Virus record (IMG/VR): IMGVR_UViG_3300026549_001031
Source: a virus
Taxonomy: Duplodnaviria > Heunggongvirae > Uroviricota > Caudoviricetes
Reading direction: 5' to 3' (one strand)
Length of the DNA stretch: 64,000 nucleotides
A model generated the notes under the pieces. It was not told the origin of the DNA. It saw only the letters and a list, made by a program, of their open reading frames with translations, and ran no database searches. Positions within the stretch are counted from its first letter, which is position 1; each line of letters begins with the position of its first letter. Below, piece after piece: positions 1 to 9,929 of the stretch. A program made the translations under genes and the position numbers.

Positions 1-149
1 TGTCACAAATAAGGGTAAAGCAACAGAGAAGCTATTTATACATAGTTCAATAAATGATAAATCAGATAAAGATATCTTATTGGACTTCTAGTTCTACACT
101 CCATGCAAATAAGAGAAAATTTTATTTTTATTTGTGAAAGGAGAAGGAC

Positions 150-1919
150 ATGGCTAAAGAGAAGTTGCATCCTGCATTAGTCAGAGAGTCAAAGAAAACA
201 ATTGATGAAGCAATACAAAAGTTGAATGACTTTGGTAAGGTATTTGTTTGTAGACCTACTGGTTTTGGTAAGACATATATGCTAATTCAAGTAGCTAAGT
301 TTTATAACAAGCTATACCCTGATAAAAAGATTGGATACATTTATCCATTGGATATTATACCTTCAGAGATTAAGGTTAAATATGGAAAGAACAGTGATGA
401 TAGTGAAGTAAGGGCAGCTGTTAAGAATTTGGAGTTTATTTCTTATATGACCTTAACACGTAGAATAAATGAGAGGGGCAATGATTTTTGGTTAAATCAG
501 TTTAAGGATAAATACTCCATATTGTTAGTAGACGAAGTACATGCAGCAGGTTCTGCAGGCTTTAGACAGGTTTATGACTCCATTAAAGATATAATTGGAC
601 CTGAGGCAGGGCAGTTGAAAATGATTGGAGTGACAGCTACTCCAAACAGAATGGACGATGAAGAAGATAAATCAGTCTTGAATGATATATTTGATAACAT
701 TCAAGTGTATGAATATACATTAGCTAATTGTATCATGGACGGTATTATTGATAAGTTGGTCATTGGTACTTATAAATATAACATGAAAGAGTTAGCAGAG
801 CAGTTAAAGGGAGAGACAAAAGCAAAGGCAACTAAAGCAGGACTAAAGTTTAATGATGAATCATTCAATGTGGAATTAGGGAAGATCATTAAAGAAAATG
901 GTACAGAAGCAGAGTTCCTTTATAAGTACCTTGCTTTGGCAGGCTATGACCTTAGCAAACAGAATGAGAAATACTTTAAATTCATAGTATTTTTCAATAA
1001 TATACAGGATGTTGCAGAGAGAGGACCTATAGTTGAGGGATGGTTTAGCAGTGCTTTTAATGAAGTTGCAAAGAGTAAATTAGGGCTCAAGCGTGACTTC
1101 TTGGTTAGGGCACATTACTTAACTTCAAGTGATACAGAGGATGGTTTAATAGATACTCTGGTAGAGGAGGATAAGAAGCATAGGTTTAAGTATAATAACA
1201 CTAAGAAATTGACTAGTGTACAAATGAAAGATAAATATATCGTTGACTTGATAATGACAGTCAATATGACAAATATGGGTTATCATGACGATGATATAAC
1301 AGGCATAGTAATGTTAAGAGGTACACGTTCAGAAATTGTTTATTATCAGCAATTAGGTAGGGCGATATCAGTTACAAATGAGCATAATCCTTTGATTTAT
1401 GACTTTGTAAATAATGTTAATACAAAGTTTTGGAGTAAGAAAGACAGACAGAGTGAGATTGCTAGCAAGGTACTTGGTGGTGGAGCAGACGAGAGAACAG
1501 GTGAGGGCATTGACTATTCTAAGTTTGTTGCATCAGCAGATGGAGATTATGATGCAGGTGATGCATTCTTGAACAGATGGAGTGACATTTACTATTCTGA
1601 GAAGGCACAGCTGGAATACTTGTATAATGATAGGAAAGCACCATTGGTTGCTATTTCAGCTGACACAGGTAAGAGTTGTTCATACATTGCAAAGGCATTG
1701 ATAGAGGATGGTGTTACATTAAGACCAGAAGATGGCATGTACAAATATGAACTTAAGATCGCTGAATCAAAAGTGAGAAGCAAGGAAGAAAGAATGAATG
1801 CATGTGCAATTATGAAGTATCTGCTTAGTAAAGGAGCTTCAGACATGTATACAAAAATAAGAAAGACAGAAGAGACAATATACAATAAGATTTCAAAATT
1901 GATCAAAGGTGGTAAATAG
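150..1919 (+). CDS. Superfamily 2 (ResIII/DExH-like) helicase/ATPase
   Basis: Walker A RPTGFGKT, DEVH, TATPNR and QQLGRA motifs; RBS AAAGGAG upstream. Confidence 0.85.
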   Translation: MAKEKLHPALVRESKKTIDEAIQKLNDFGKVFVCRPTGFGKTYMLIQVAKFYNKLYPDKKIGYIYPLDIIPSEIKVKYGKNSDDSEVRAAVKNLEFISYMTLTRRINERGNDFWLNQFKDKYSILLVDEVHAAGSAGFRQVYDSIKDIIGPEAGQLKMIGVTATPNRMDDEEDKSVLNDIFDNIQVYEYTLANCIMDGIIDKLVIGTYKYNMKELAEQLKGETKAKATKAGLKFNDESFNVELGKIIKENGTEAEFLYKYLALAGYDLSKQNEKYFKFIVFFNNIQDVAERGPIVEGWFSSAFNEVAKSKLGLKRDFLVRAHYLTSSDTEDGLIDTLVEEDKKHRFKYNNTKKLTSVQMKDKYIVDLIMTVNMTNMGYHDDDITGIVMLRGTRSEIVYYQQLGRAISVTNEHNPLIYDFVNNVNTKFWSKKDRQSEIASKVLGGGADERTGEGIDYSKFVASADGDYDAGDAFLNRWSDIYYSEKAQLEYLYNDRKAPLVAISADTGKSCSYIAKALIEDGVTLRPEDGMYKYELKIAESKVRSKEERMNACAIMKYLLSKGASDMYTKIRKTEETIYNKISKLIKGGK

Positions 1920-3414
1920 AGGTATGAAGTATAAGTCAGGAGATAGATTAGGGAATACAACCTTATATGTGGAGCAGACATATTACTCAAAGGTCATTTG
2001 TCGTTGTCAGAAATGCCTTGAAAGTGATGTTTACACAGAGGAGGAATTGGATTTTGGCACTGGTTGTAGAATCTGTGACAATATTAGCAGAGAAAAGCAG
2101 AGGTTAGTAATTTCACCTACAACTGATATGAAGAATGTAGCTAAGTTGTATGCAAAGCAGACGTACAGAAGTGGTTCAACAGTAGCATTTACGATGCCTG
2201 CAGGCTATAAGCTTGATGGGGTCGGCGTTGGAAGTGAGTTTGGACAGTTCAGAGTACAGGACTTTGTAGGTAAGGTTTATAGAAATGGCAATGGCTGGAA
2301 ACATGGTGATCCTAAGCAAGTAGTTGCAATCTGTAAGTATTGTGAGACATACAGCAGGTTGATTGATGTTAGCAAGGTTGCAGAGTATATTAAGACAGGT
2401 AAGGGTTTAGATGTACAGTGTCCTTGTTGTGGTAAGATCATCAATGAGGCTAGAGGCAGAGTTGATGCACTTAAGAAAAATAAGTCAGAGCATCTGAAAA
2501 AGGTGGTTGCAAAGAACAATAGCAACGAGGCTAAGAAAACTACAGAGGATGGGATTTCAAAGCTTATCAGTAGAGTTAAATCACCTTTGGATAATGTGAA
2601 GCCTGGTAGTAAAATTGACAAGCTTTTAAGTAAAGTTAAAAGCATGAATGCTGATTTAGATATACAGGATATTGAACCAATTAAGTCAAGCTACAAAGTG
2701 GTTTGTACATGTGGTAAATGCGGTACAGAAGTAAGTGTTTTGAGTTCTAACAGGAGTAAAGAGGTTGAATGTCCTGGTTGTAAATTAAAAGCAACAGACA
2801 TCAATTATGTTGGTGCTTATAAGAGAAATTACGTAGGCACTACTAAAAACTTAATGGAACTTCTGGGAAGAGATGGAGATACATGTACCGTTAAGTGTAA
2901 TTCATGTGGTAGGGTTTATACAAACATTAAGTTTTATGACTGGTATAAAGGAAAGGTCATTTGTAATTGTGATAATAACACACTGACTGATGTGCTATGC
3001 AATGAGTGTGGTGAGTTTATGACAATACCTTTGGGTAAGGTCATTGGTAAGGTAGACAATACAGAAGAGATTGTATGCAATAAGTGTGGAGCTAAGTCAG
3101 GTCATACTTATGGAGAGATCTATGATGATTATTTGGAAGCACCTAGTGTAGCAATCACTACAAGTAATAAATTAGGTGTGGCTAGAAAGAAATTAAGAGA
3201 GTCTACTGAAAAAGTAAACAATGAGCTTGTGAGAACAAAAGAGCCATTGTTCATTGGAACAGATGGCAAGATGTATTACAGATGTACTTGTTTGATTCAT
3301 GACTCTGACATGATATTAAATGATGATGAGATTGCAGTATTTAATCATCAACAGTGTACTGATGCAAGACAGCATATGATGAAGGATATAAACAAGGATA
3401 ATGTTAAGTTCTAA
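1909..3414 (+). CDS. Cys-rich multi-zinc-ribbon protein
   Basis: About a dozen CxxC-type pairs (CQKC, CRIC, CKYC, CPCC, CGKC, CPGC, CNSC, CNEC, CNKC); overlaps the helicase stop; start may be ATG 1924. Confidence 0.7.
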   Translation: MVNRGMKYKSGDRLGNTTLYVEQTYYSKVICRCQKCLESDVYTEEELDFGTGCRICDNISREKQRLVISPTTDMKNVAKLYAKQTYRSGSTVAFTMPAGYKLDGVGVGSEFGQFRVQDFVGKVYRNGNGWKHGDPKQVVAICKYCETYSRLIDVSKVAEYIKTGKGLDVQCPCCGKIINEARGRVDALKKNKSEHLKKVVAKNNSNEAKKTTEDGISKLISRVKSPLDNVKPGSKIDKLLSKVKSMNADLDIQDIEPIKSSYKVVCTCGKCGTEVSVLSSNRSKEVECPGCKLKATDINYVGAYKRNYVGTTKNLMELLGRDGDTCTVKCNSCGRVYTNIKFYDWYKGKVICNCDNNTLTDVLCNECGEFMTIPLGKVIGKVDNTEEIVCNKCGAKSGHTYGEIYDDYLEAPSVAITTSNKLGVARKKLRESTEKVNNELVRTKEPLFIGTDGKMYYRCTCLIHDSDMILNDDEIAVFNHQQCTDARQHMMKDINKDNVKF

Positions 3415-3442
3415 GAAGAAAATTGAGATTAACATGAGAGTT

Positions 3443-3487
3443 TACAGGATGTTGCATTATGAAAATGATGTAATGTCCTGTATTTTT
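3443..3487 (+). terminator. Rho-independent terminator
   Basis: TACAGGATGTTGCATT...GATGTAATGTCCTGTA hairpin followed by a T run. Confidence 0.6.
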
Positions 3488-3799
3488 GTACAGTGGTAAA
3501 TATATGATATGCAGTTCAATAGACATTGATTAAGAATCTGCATTTTTTAAGAAATTGATTTTTGTGTGACAAAAGAGAGGAATGACTTCAGAATTTTCAG
3601 GTACTTCAGAACGCTAGTCCTCGACATTGGGTCAAAAATAGGGTAAGCATTGAGAAAAATTTAGCTAGACAGTCAAGGTTCCAAAAATTGGTGCAAAATA
3701 AAAGATTTTCTGTGAGTGAGAATAGTTTAGAGGAATAGAATTGTATATAAAATTTAAGAAATTGTTTGTAGTATATGAACAATTTACAAGAATTAGAGG

Positions 3800-3828
3800 T
3801 TGACATAAGTAGTAATTTCAATTATAAT
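3800..3828 (+). promoter_or_regulatory. sigma70/sigmaA promoter
   Basis: TTGACA-17bp-TATAAT perfect consensus. Confidence 0.85.
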
Positions 3829-3862
3829 GTATATAGATAGTAAACATAAAGGAGATAAAGAT

Positions 3863-5008
3863 ATGCAAAGTAAGTTTGAGTTAAGCATTTCAACTGGATA
3901 TGTGCCTGATTGGGGAATAGTTGAGGCATTTAGAGAACTTTATCAGAACGCTATTGATAATGAGACAATCAATCCTGAAAATAAAGCATACTTTTCATTT
4001 GTGCAAGAGGATGAAAAAACAGGTACAGTAAGGATTACAAACAAGACATCAGTTCTTACAAAAGAAAGTCTTCTGTTAGGCAGCACTACAAAGGCAAATG
4101 ATGAAAATACCATTGGTAAGCATGGTGAAGGCTACAAGATTGCGTTTATGGTGCTTTTGAGAAATGGGAAAAAGATCAAGGTTTACAATTCATCTGCAAA
4201 GGAGATGTGGGAGGTTAGACTTGTCAAGAGCAGAAAGTACAATGGTCAACTTGTGACAACAGTCTTCGTGCAGAAGGATGCAGTATGGAAAAAGAAGACT
4301 GATGATAACCTTACCATTGAGGTTTCAGGAATTACACCTGAAGAATATGCAGAAGTCGTTGATAAAAACCTGCATCTGCATGAGTATAAGTCAGTGGCAG
4401 TAGGAGAATATGGTGAGATCTTACTTGATGAGAGTGAGGCAGGTAGGGTTTATGTTGAGGGCTTGTATGTTTGTGAGAGCAAGGGATTCAAGTATGGTTA
4501 TAACTTAAAGGCATCAAGAATTAACCTCGACAGAGACAGAAAACTGGTAGACTCCTTTCATTTAGAGTGGGAGACATCAGGAATGTGGGTTAAGTTAAGT
4601 TCTGAAAATGCAGAGTACAAAGAAAGCTTTGCACAGTTGGTTTCAGAACATACACGAGATGTTTCTAAATCAGCAAACAATGATTGTTTTACTTTCACTG
4701 CAGCTGAGGCATATGAAGCAGTTTATGAGAAGTTTCTCAGAGAGAATGGTAGCAATGCAGTTCCTGTAACAGACAATCTGGAATATGAGGAAGTCAAAAG
4801 ATCAAGTGGCTACAGACCTGTAATTGTATCAGAGGACATTGCAACTATGATTCATAAGTCAAAAACATACGTGGAGCCTGTAGAGATCGCAGTGAAACCT
4901 GTCAGTGTTAAATTAAGTGAGTGGCTTGAGGGAGTTAAAGATAGACTTTCAGAAGATGAGATTGATGACCTTGAGACATTAATTTCGGAGATAGAAGACA
5001 TTGAGTAA
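3863..5008 (+). CDS. GHKL (HATPase_c)-fold ATPase, rIIA/MORC-like
   Basis: EAFRELYQNAID N-box and GKHGEGYKIA G-box; start moved to ATG 3863 behind AAAGGAG. Confidence 0.75.
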   Translation: MQSKFELSISTGYVPDWGIVEAFRELYQNAIDNETINPENKAYFSFVQEDEKTGTVRITNKTSVLTKESLLLGSTTKANDENTIGKHGEGYKIAFMVLLRNGKKIKVYNSSAKEMWEVRLVKSRKYNGQLVTTVFVQKDAVWKKKTDDNLTIEVSGITPEEYAEVVDKNLHLHEYKSVAVGEYGEILLDESEAGRVYVEGLYVCESKGFKYGYNLKASRINLDRDRKLVDSFHLEWETSGMWVKLSSENAEYKESFAQLVSEHTRDVSKSANNDCFTFTAAEAYEAVYEKFLRENGSNAVPVTDNLEYEEVKRSSGYRPVIVSEDIATMIHKSKTYVEPVEIAVKPVSVKLSEWLEGVKDRLSEDEIDDLETLISEIEDIE

Positions 5009-5147
5009 AAGGACTCACAGGTTAAAAAGAAAGAAGCATAGTTGAGTTTAGGGGTGTGCATTTGGAGTGATGTACACCTCTTTTTGAGCATACATAAGAA
5101 TATATAGAAATATAATTTTTATATTTTTTGATTGGAGTGGATAGAGC

Positions 5148-6536
5148 ATGCAATTTACAGTAGGACAGCAGTTAGGATTTAATATAATACTTAATGGATG
5201 GAATACCTTCATTACAGGGGGTGGTGGTGTAGGTAAAACAGAACTTATACTAAAAACAGCTGAACACTTACAAAATATAGGTAAGTCAGTAATGATGTGT
5301 GCACCTACAGGTATGGCGGCATTGAAAATAAATGGAGTTACAGTACACAGACAGTTTAATGCACCTGTTGGAGTATTGAATTACAGGAGAGACATGTATG
5401 GTGCGGATGATGAACTCATCAAAACTGATGTGCTGATCATGGATGAGGTTAGTATGTGCAGAGTAGACTTATTTGACTTTGTATGTAATAAGGTACTTGA
5501 TGCAAATAGAGTTAGACATAATATGGGTTTGGAGGATATACAGTTCATATTAGTAGGAGACTTCTTTCAGTTAGCACCTGTACTTTTACCTAATGAGAAG
5601 ATTGCATTGGATAAATACTATGGTAAGGATATGGATGCAGGATATGCATTTATGTCAAAGTTTTGGGACATGTTCAATTTTGTACCTGTCATACTTACAG
5701 AGGTAGTCAGACAGAGAGACAGTAATTTTATATTAGACCTTAACAAAATAAGAGGCGGCGACAAGGTTTATGTAAACTACATTTATGAAAATTCAAATAA
5801 AAATGAAATTGATTGGGCAATTACTATTTGTGGTACTAACAGTGAGGCTTCAGAGATAAACACTAGGAGATTAAGAGAGATTAATGAGGAATCTACCTTC
5901 TATGAAGCAATAACAGAGGGGGATGTGTTACCTACAGATGTAAATGCAGATTTCATGTTGGAATTAAGAGAGGGTGCAAGAGTAATTGTAATAGTGAACA
6001 GTAGTGAAAGTGGTAGTTACAAGAATGGAAGTCTTGGTACAGTAGTAGGTTTATATGACAATGAAGTAATTGTGCAACTGGATTCAGGTGAGACAGAGTC
6101 ACTTATGAGATATACATGGCCTGTATTCAGATATAGCATAGAAAAAGACGAGTGTGGCATTGAAAAGTTAACGAAACAACAGGTAGGAAGTGTTACACAG
6201 TTTCCTCTGAAATTAGCATACGCTATCACAATACATAAGAGCCAAGGGCAGACTTATGATAAAGTAAACCTTAGTCCTTATAGTTGGGATTGTGGACAGC
6301 TATATGTGGCAATTTCACGTGTAAGAAGTTTGGAGAATCTTCACTTTAATTATGCACCTGACTTAAGTTATGTAGTAGTTTCATTAAATGTAATTAAGTT
6401 CCACAATAAGTTAGTTGAGATTGCTAATGCAAATGGTAATAAATACAGTATTGAAAAAAGACAGACAGCGACAAAAAAGAAGTCAGAGTTTGATTCAGAT
6501 ATGAGTTTACTTTTAAGTGGTTTAGGAGGACATTGA
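5148..6536 (+). CDS. Pif1/RecD-like SF1B helicase (copy 1)
   Basis: GGGGVGKT, APTGMAA, DEVSM, GDFFQL, TIHKSQGQT, GQLYVAISR. Confidence 0.9.
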   Translation: MQFTVGQQLGFNIILNGWNTFITGGGGVGKTELILKTAEHLQNIGKSVMMCAPTGMAALKINGVTVHRQFNAPVGVLNYRRDMYGADDELIKTDVLIMDEVSMCRVDLFDFVCNKVLDANRVRHNMGLEDIQFILVGDFFQLAPVLLPNEKIALDKYYGKDMDAGYAFMSKFWDMFNFVPVILTEVVRQRDSNFILDLNKIRGGDKVYVNYIYENSNKNEIDWAITICGTNSEASEINTRRLREINEESTFYEAITEGDVLPTDVNADFMLELREGARVIVIVNSSESGSYKNGSLGTVVGLYDNEVIVQLDSGETESLMRYTWPVFRYSIEKDECGIEKLTKQQVGSVTQFPLKLAYAITIHKSQGQTYDKVNLSPYSWDCGQLYVAISRVRSLENLHFNYAPDLSYVVVSLNVIKFHNKLVEIANANGNKYSIEKRQTATKKKSEFDSDMSLLLSGLGGH

Positions 6537-6537
6537 G

Positions 6538-7797
6538 ATGGCAATGTTAGCAAATGGAAAGTTTACAAACAGTCAGCAATTTGGGTTTGACACAATAATG
6601 AGTGGTAGGAACTGTTTTGTAACTGGGGATGCAGGTACGGGAAAGAGTTTTCTACTCCTTAGAGTAGTTGATGCACTTAGTAAACAAAAGAAGAGAGTAA
6701 GAATAATGGCACCTACTGGGTTGGCTGCACTTAATGTAGATGGTGTGACATTGCATAGAGGATTTAAGGCACCTATTGGACCTCTGATTAAAGAACCTAA
6801 AGCTATAACTAGCATGCTGGGAGATTGTGATGTGCTTATTATTGATGAGGTGAGCATGGTTCGAATTGATTTGTTTGAATATTGTATCAAACAAGTTGTT
6901 GGTGCTAACGTGAAGAGACGAAAGGCAGAATTGCCTGATATACAGCTGATTTTGTTTGGAGACTTCTTTCAGTTACCTCCTGTACTTACACCTGGTGACA
7001 GAGACATACTGAAAATGGTTTATGGGGACATTGATAAGGGATATGCCTTTAAGTCAAAATGGTGGGACATTTGCAATTTTACTTATATTTCATTAAAAGA
7101 AATAGTTAGACAGGATAATGTTGAATTGCAGAGAGCACTTGAGCAGTTAAGAAGAGGTAATACACTAGGATTGAAATTTATACTTCAGAATTGTAGTGAT
7201 GAGCCTATCAAAAATGCAATTTCATTGTGTGGTACACGTAAAAAAGCAGATGCAATCAATGCAGAAAAATATAATATGCTGACTGGTAGGGAAAAGACAT
7301 ATACAAGTGAAGTTGAGGGCGAGGTAAGAGATAGTGATAAGCCTGTAGATGATGAGATAAGTCTTAAGATTGGTGCTAGGGTACTTGCATTTATGAATAA
7401 TCCTGCAGCTGGATATATGAATGGAGACATGGGAGAAGTTATTAACCTTAATGAATACACAGTTACAGTTAAGTTTGATAATGGAACAGTTGCTGACGTG
7501 GAGCAGGCATCTTGGTATATTAAGGGCTGGAATGAAAAGACTCAGGACATTGAGATAATTGGTACATACAGTCAAATTCCTCTTAAGCTTGCCTATGCAA
7601 TTACAATACATAAAAGTCAAGGACAGACATATGATGCAGTCAACCTTGATCCTAGGTGTTGGGAGAATGGGCAGTTGTATACAGCATTGTCACGTGTCAG
7701 AGATGTGCATAACCTGTATCTGATGGACATTATGTATCCTAGTTACTTAAAAGCATCTAGGGATGTGCGTATGTTTTATAAAATGAATAACATGTAG
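6538..7797 (+). CDS. Pif1/RecD-like SF1B helicase (copy 2)
   Basis: GDAGTGKS, APTGLAA, DEVSM, GDFFQLPPV, TIHKSQGQT, GQLYTALSR. Confidence 0.9.
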   Translation: MAMLANGKFTNSQQFGFDTIMSGRNCFVTGDAGTGKSFLLLRVVDALSKQKKRVRIMAPTGLAALNVDGVTLHRGFKAPIGPLIKEPKAITSMLGDCDVLIIDEVSMVRIDLFEYCIKQVVGANVKRRKAELPDIQLILFGDFFQLPPVLTPGDRDILKMVYGDIDKGYAFKSKWWDICNFTYISLKEIVRQDNVELQRALEQLRRGNTLGLKFILQNCSDEPIKNAISLCGTRKKADAINAEKYNMLTGREKTYTSEVEGEVRDSDKPVDDEISLKIGARVLAFMNNPAAGYMNGDMGEVINLNEYTVTVKFDNGTVADVEQASWYIKGWNEKTQDIEIIGTYSQIPLKLAYAITIHKSQGQTYDAVNLDPRCWENGQLYTALSRVRDVHNLYLMDIMYPSYLKASRDVRMFYKMNNM

Positions 7798-7925
7798 AAT
7801 AAAGAGTAAGCAAGTGTTTAATGGACGACTACAAATAGTAAAATGTGGTCGTCCTATTTTTATGCTTAGAGATATAAGAAAGAAATAATTATTTATTAAA
7901 ATAATTGTTTAGGAGGAAAGTTAAA

Positions 7926-9014
7926 ATGCAGTATGATTTTAGTAAAATGCACTATCTTGACAAGAGATACAATTACAATATTGTAGTCAAGCCTAATACA
8001 TTTAACAAGAACAGTGGAAAGGAGGTATTACAGTATGCAGTTGGGGCATTACTCTATATGCCTGCTTCAAATGATAAAGTAGCATCTCGAATTATTGCGG
8101 GACAGGCAGAACCATGGAAGTCAATCGTGCTTGACCTTGAAGATGCACTTGGAGATGATCTGGTAGGGTTTGGACAGAGAGCAATTGTTAAGACAGTCAC
8201 TAAATTAGGTGATGCAATTAAGGATGGTAAACTTACAATTGATAATTTGCCTCTTATCTTTGTAAGAGTGAGAGAGCCTAAGCAGATTAAAGAGACACTT
8301 GAGATGCTGGGCGAGTATACACAGTACATAACAGGGTTTAACATTCCTAAATTTGATAAGACAACTTGTGATGAATACATCAAGGAGTTTGTCAGCGTCA
8401 GGAATGAAGTAAAGAGCAAGTATAAAACAGATTTGTACATTATGCCTATTATTGAGAACAAGAACACAATGTATAGACAGCTTAGAATGGATAATCTGTT
8501 ATACATGAATGATAAGCTGCGAGCAATTCAGGATAGCGTACTCAACATTAGAGTTGGCGGTGCAGACTTCTGTAGTGTTTATGGAATCAGGAGAAGTATT
8601 ACAGACGACATTTATGATATTGGTGTAGTACGTAGTGTACTTAATGACATTATGAATGTCTTTGGTAAAAGTTATATTGTCAGTGGTCCTGTATGGGAAT
8701 ACTTTGAAAATAAGGAGGATCCATCTGATGAGAGGTGGAGAGTAGGTTTACAGCATGAGTTATATGCTGATAGGTTGAATGGTTTCATTGGTAAAACAGT
8801 AATTCATCCTAGTCAAGTATTGGAAGTACAGTCAAGTTTAGTTGTGCACAAGGAAGATTATGATGATGCAATGAATATTATTGGAATGAATGCAAACTTA
8901 ACAGGGGTTAAAAAGAGTGCTGCAGGGAATAGGATGAATGAGGTCAAGACTCATTGGAACTGGGCACGTAAAATTGTTGGTTTAGCAAGTGTTTATGGTG
9001 TACGTGAAGATTAA
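7926..9014 (+). CDS. HpcH/HpaI aldolase/citrate lyase-like TIM-barrel enzyme (Ter-associated)
   Basis: VGALLYMPA, LDLEDA, PLIFVRVR, RVGGADF, SGPVWEYF, GKTVIHPSQ, NRMNE; ATG 7926 behind AGGAGG. Confidence 0.88.
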   Translation: MQYDFSKMHYLDKRYNYNIVVKPNTFNKNSGKEVLQYAVGALLYMPASNDKVASRIIAGQAEPWKSIVLDLEDALGDDLVGFGQRAIVKTVTKLGDAIKDGKLTIDNLPLIFVRVREPKQIKETLEMLGEYTQYITGFNIPKFDKTTCDEYIKEFVSVRNEVKSKYKTDLYIMPIIENKNTMYRQLRMDNLLYMNDKLRAIQDSVLNIRVGGADFCSVYGIRRSITDDIYDIGVVRSVLNDIMNVFGKSYIVSGPVWEYFENKEDPSDERWRVGLQHELYADRLNGFIGKTVIHPSQVLEVQSSLVVHKEDYDDAMNIIGMNANLTGVKKSAAGNRMNEVKTHWNWARKIVGLASVYGVRED

Positions 9015-9058
9015 GTATGCATGATTTACTGAAAACCTTAACTAGTTATACAGTAAGG

Positions 9059-9087
9059 TTGACAAGAACAAAAATTTCAATTATAAT
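9059..9087 (+). promoter_or_regulatory. sigma70/sigmaA promoter
   Basis: TTGACA-17bp-TATAAT. Confidence 0.85.
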
Positions 9088-9119
9088 ATAAATATAGTTA
9101 AGGTTGGAGGTAAATTGAT

Positions 9120-9806
9120 ATGTACGAGATTACAAAAGGATACAAGCAGGGAAGATCAGTATTATTTTATGACATTACAGATGTAATGAGTAAAGAGACA
9201 CGAGAAAAAGTAGATAAGGATACAGTAGTTAAGTTAGCTGAAGCGGGAGAAGTGAAAGATACTAAAATTCAGTGGTGGCAGGGCAAGGCTATTGTGCGTA
9301 GTAATACTAAGTTTGACATTCTGAAGTTGAACGACAGCGGTGAGGTTGTAGGACAGGCACCAGTGGTTACGAGAAGTAGATCAGGTGTAAAAAGTGCAGC
9401 TCAGGTGTGCAAGGAGGTTTATGGCATGTATCCTCCTGAAAATAACATTGATGTTTCAGACAAGGCTACAGTGGTTGGTAGTATCAAGACTAAAAGAAAG
9501 AGAAATGAAAAAGTGTTTGCAGGTTATGACATGGCAAATGTCAGAGAGGTACGCGAGAATAAACCTAATTTCAAGTTTGATAAAGACAGTACCATTGGAA
9601 ATATGGTGCTTGACATGATCAAAGATTTTGGACTCAAGGATACAGAGACATACTATCAGCAGCTGGCTAAAAAAGTGGACATGAACAAAAAGGTTGAGAC
9701 TACAAACAAAGCAATGGTTGCTGGCATTCAGAGAAGTGTAGCAACATATTTGATGAACATGGCTAACCTTGAGACAAGGGAGACTTATCTGAAATACACA
9801 GTGTAG
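9120..9806 (+). CDS. Hypothetical protein
   Basis: Long ORF with GGAG RBS behind a consensus promoter. Confidence 0.7.
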   Translation: MYEITKGYKQGRSVLFYDITDVMSKETREKVDKDTVVKLAEAGEVKDTKIQWWQGKAIVRSNTKFDILKLNDSGEVVGQAPVVTRSRSGVKSAAQVCKEVYGMYPPENNIDVSDKATVVGSIKTKRKRNEKVFAGYDMANVREVRENKPNFKFDKDSTIGNMVLDMIKDFGLKDTETYYQQLAKKVDMNKKVETTNKAMVAGIQRSVATYLMNMANLETRETYLKYTV

Positions 9807-9929
9807 TTTAAGGATATACACTGTCAATTACAAAAGAGATGCATATCAATTAAATAAGTAATACGTATAAAACTACTTCGAAAATAAAAGAAGTAGTTTT
9901 ATTTTTATTTATAAATAAAGGAGAGAATT

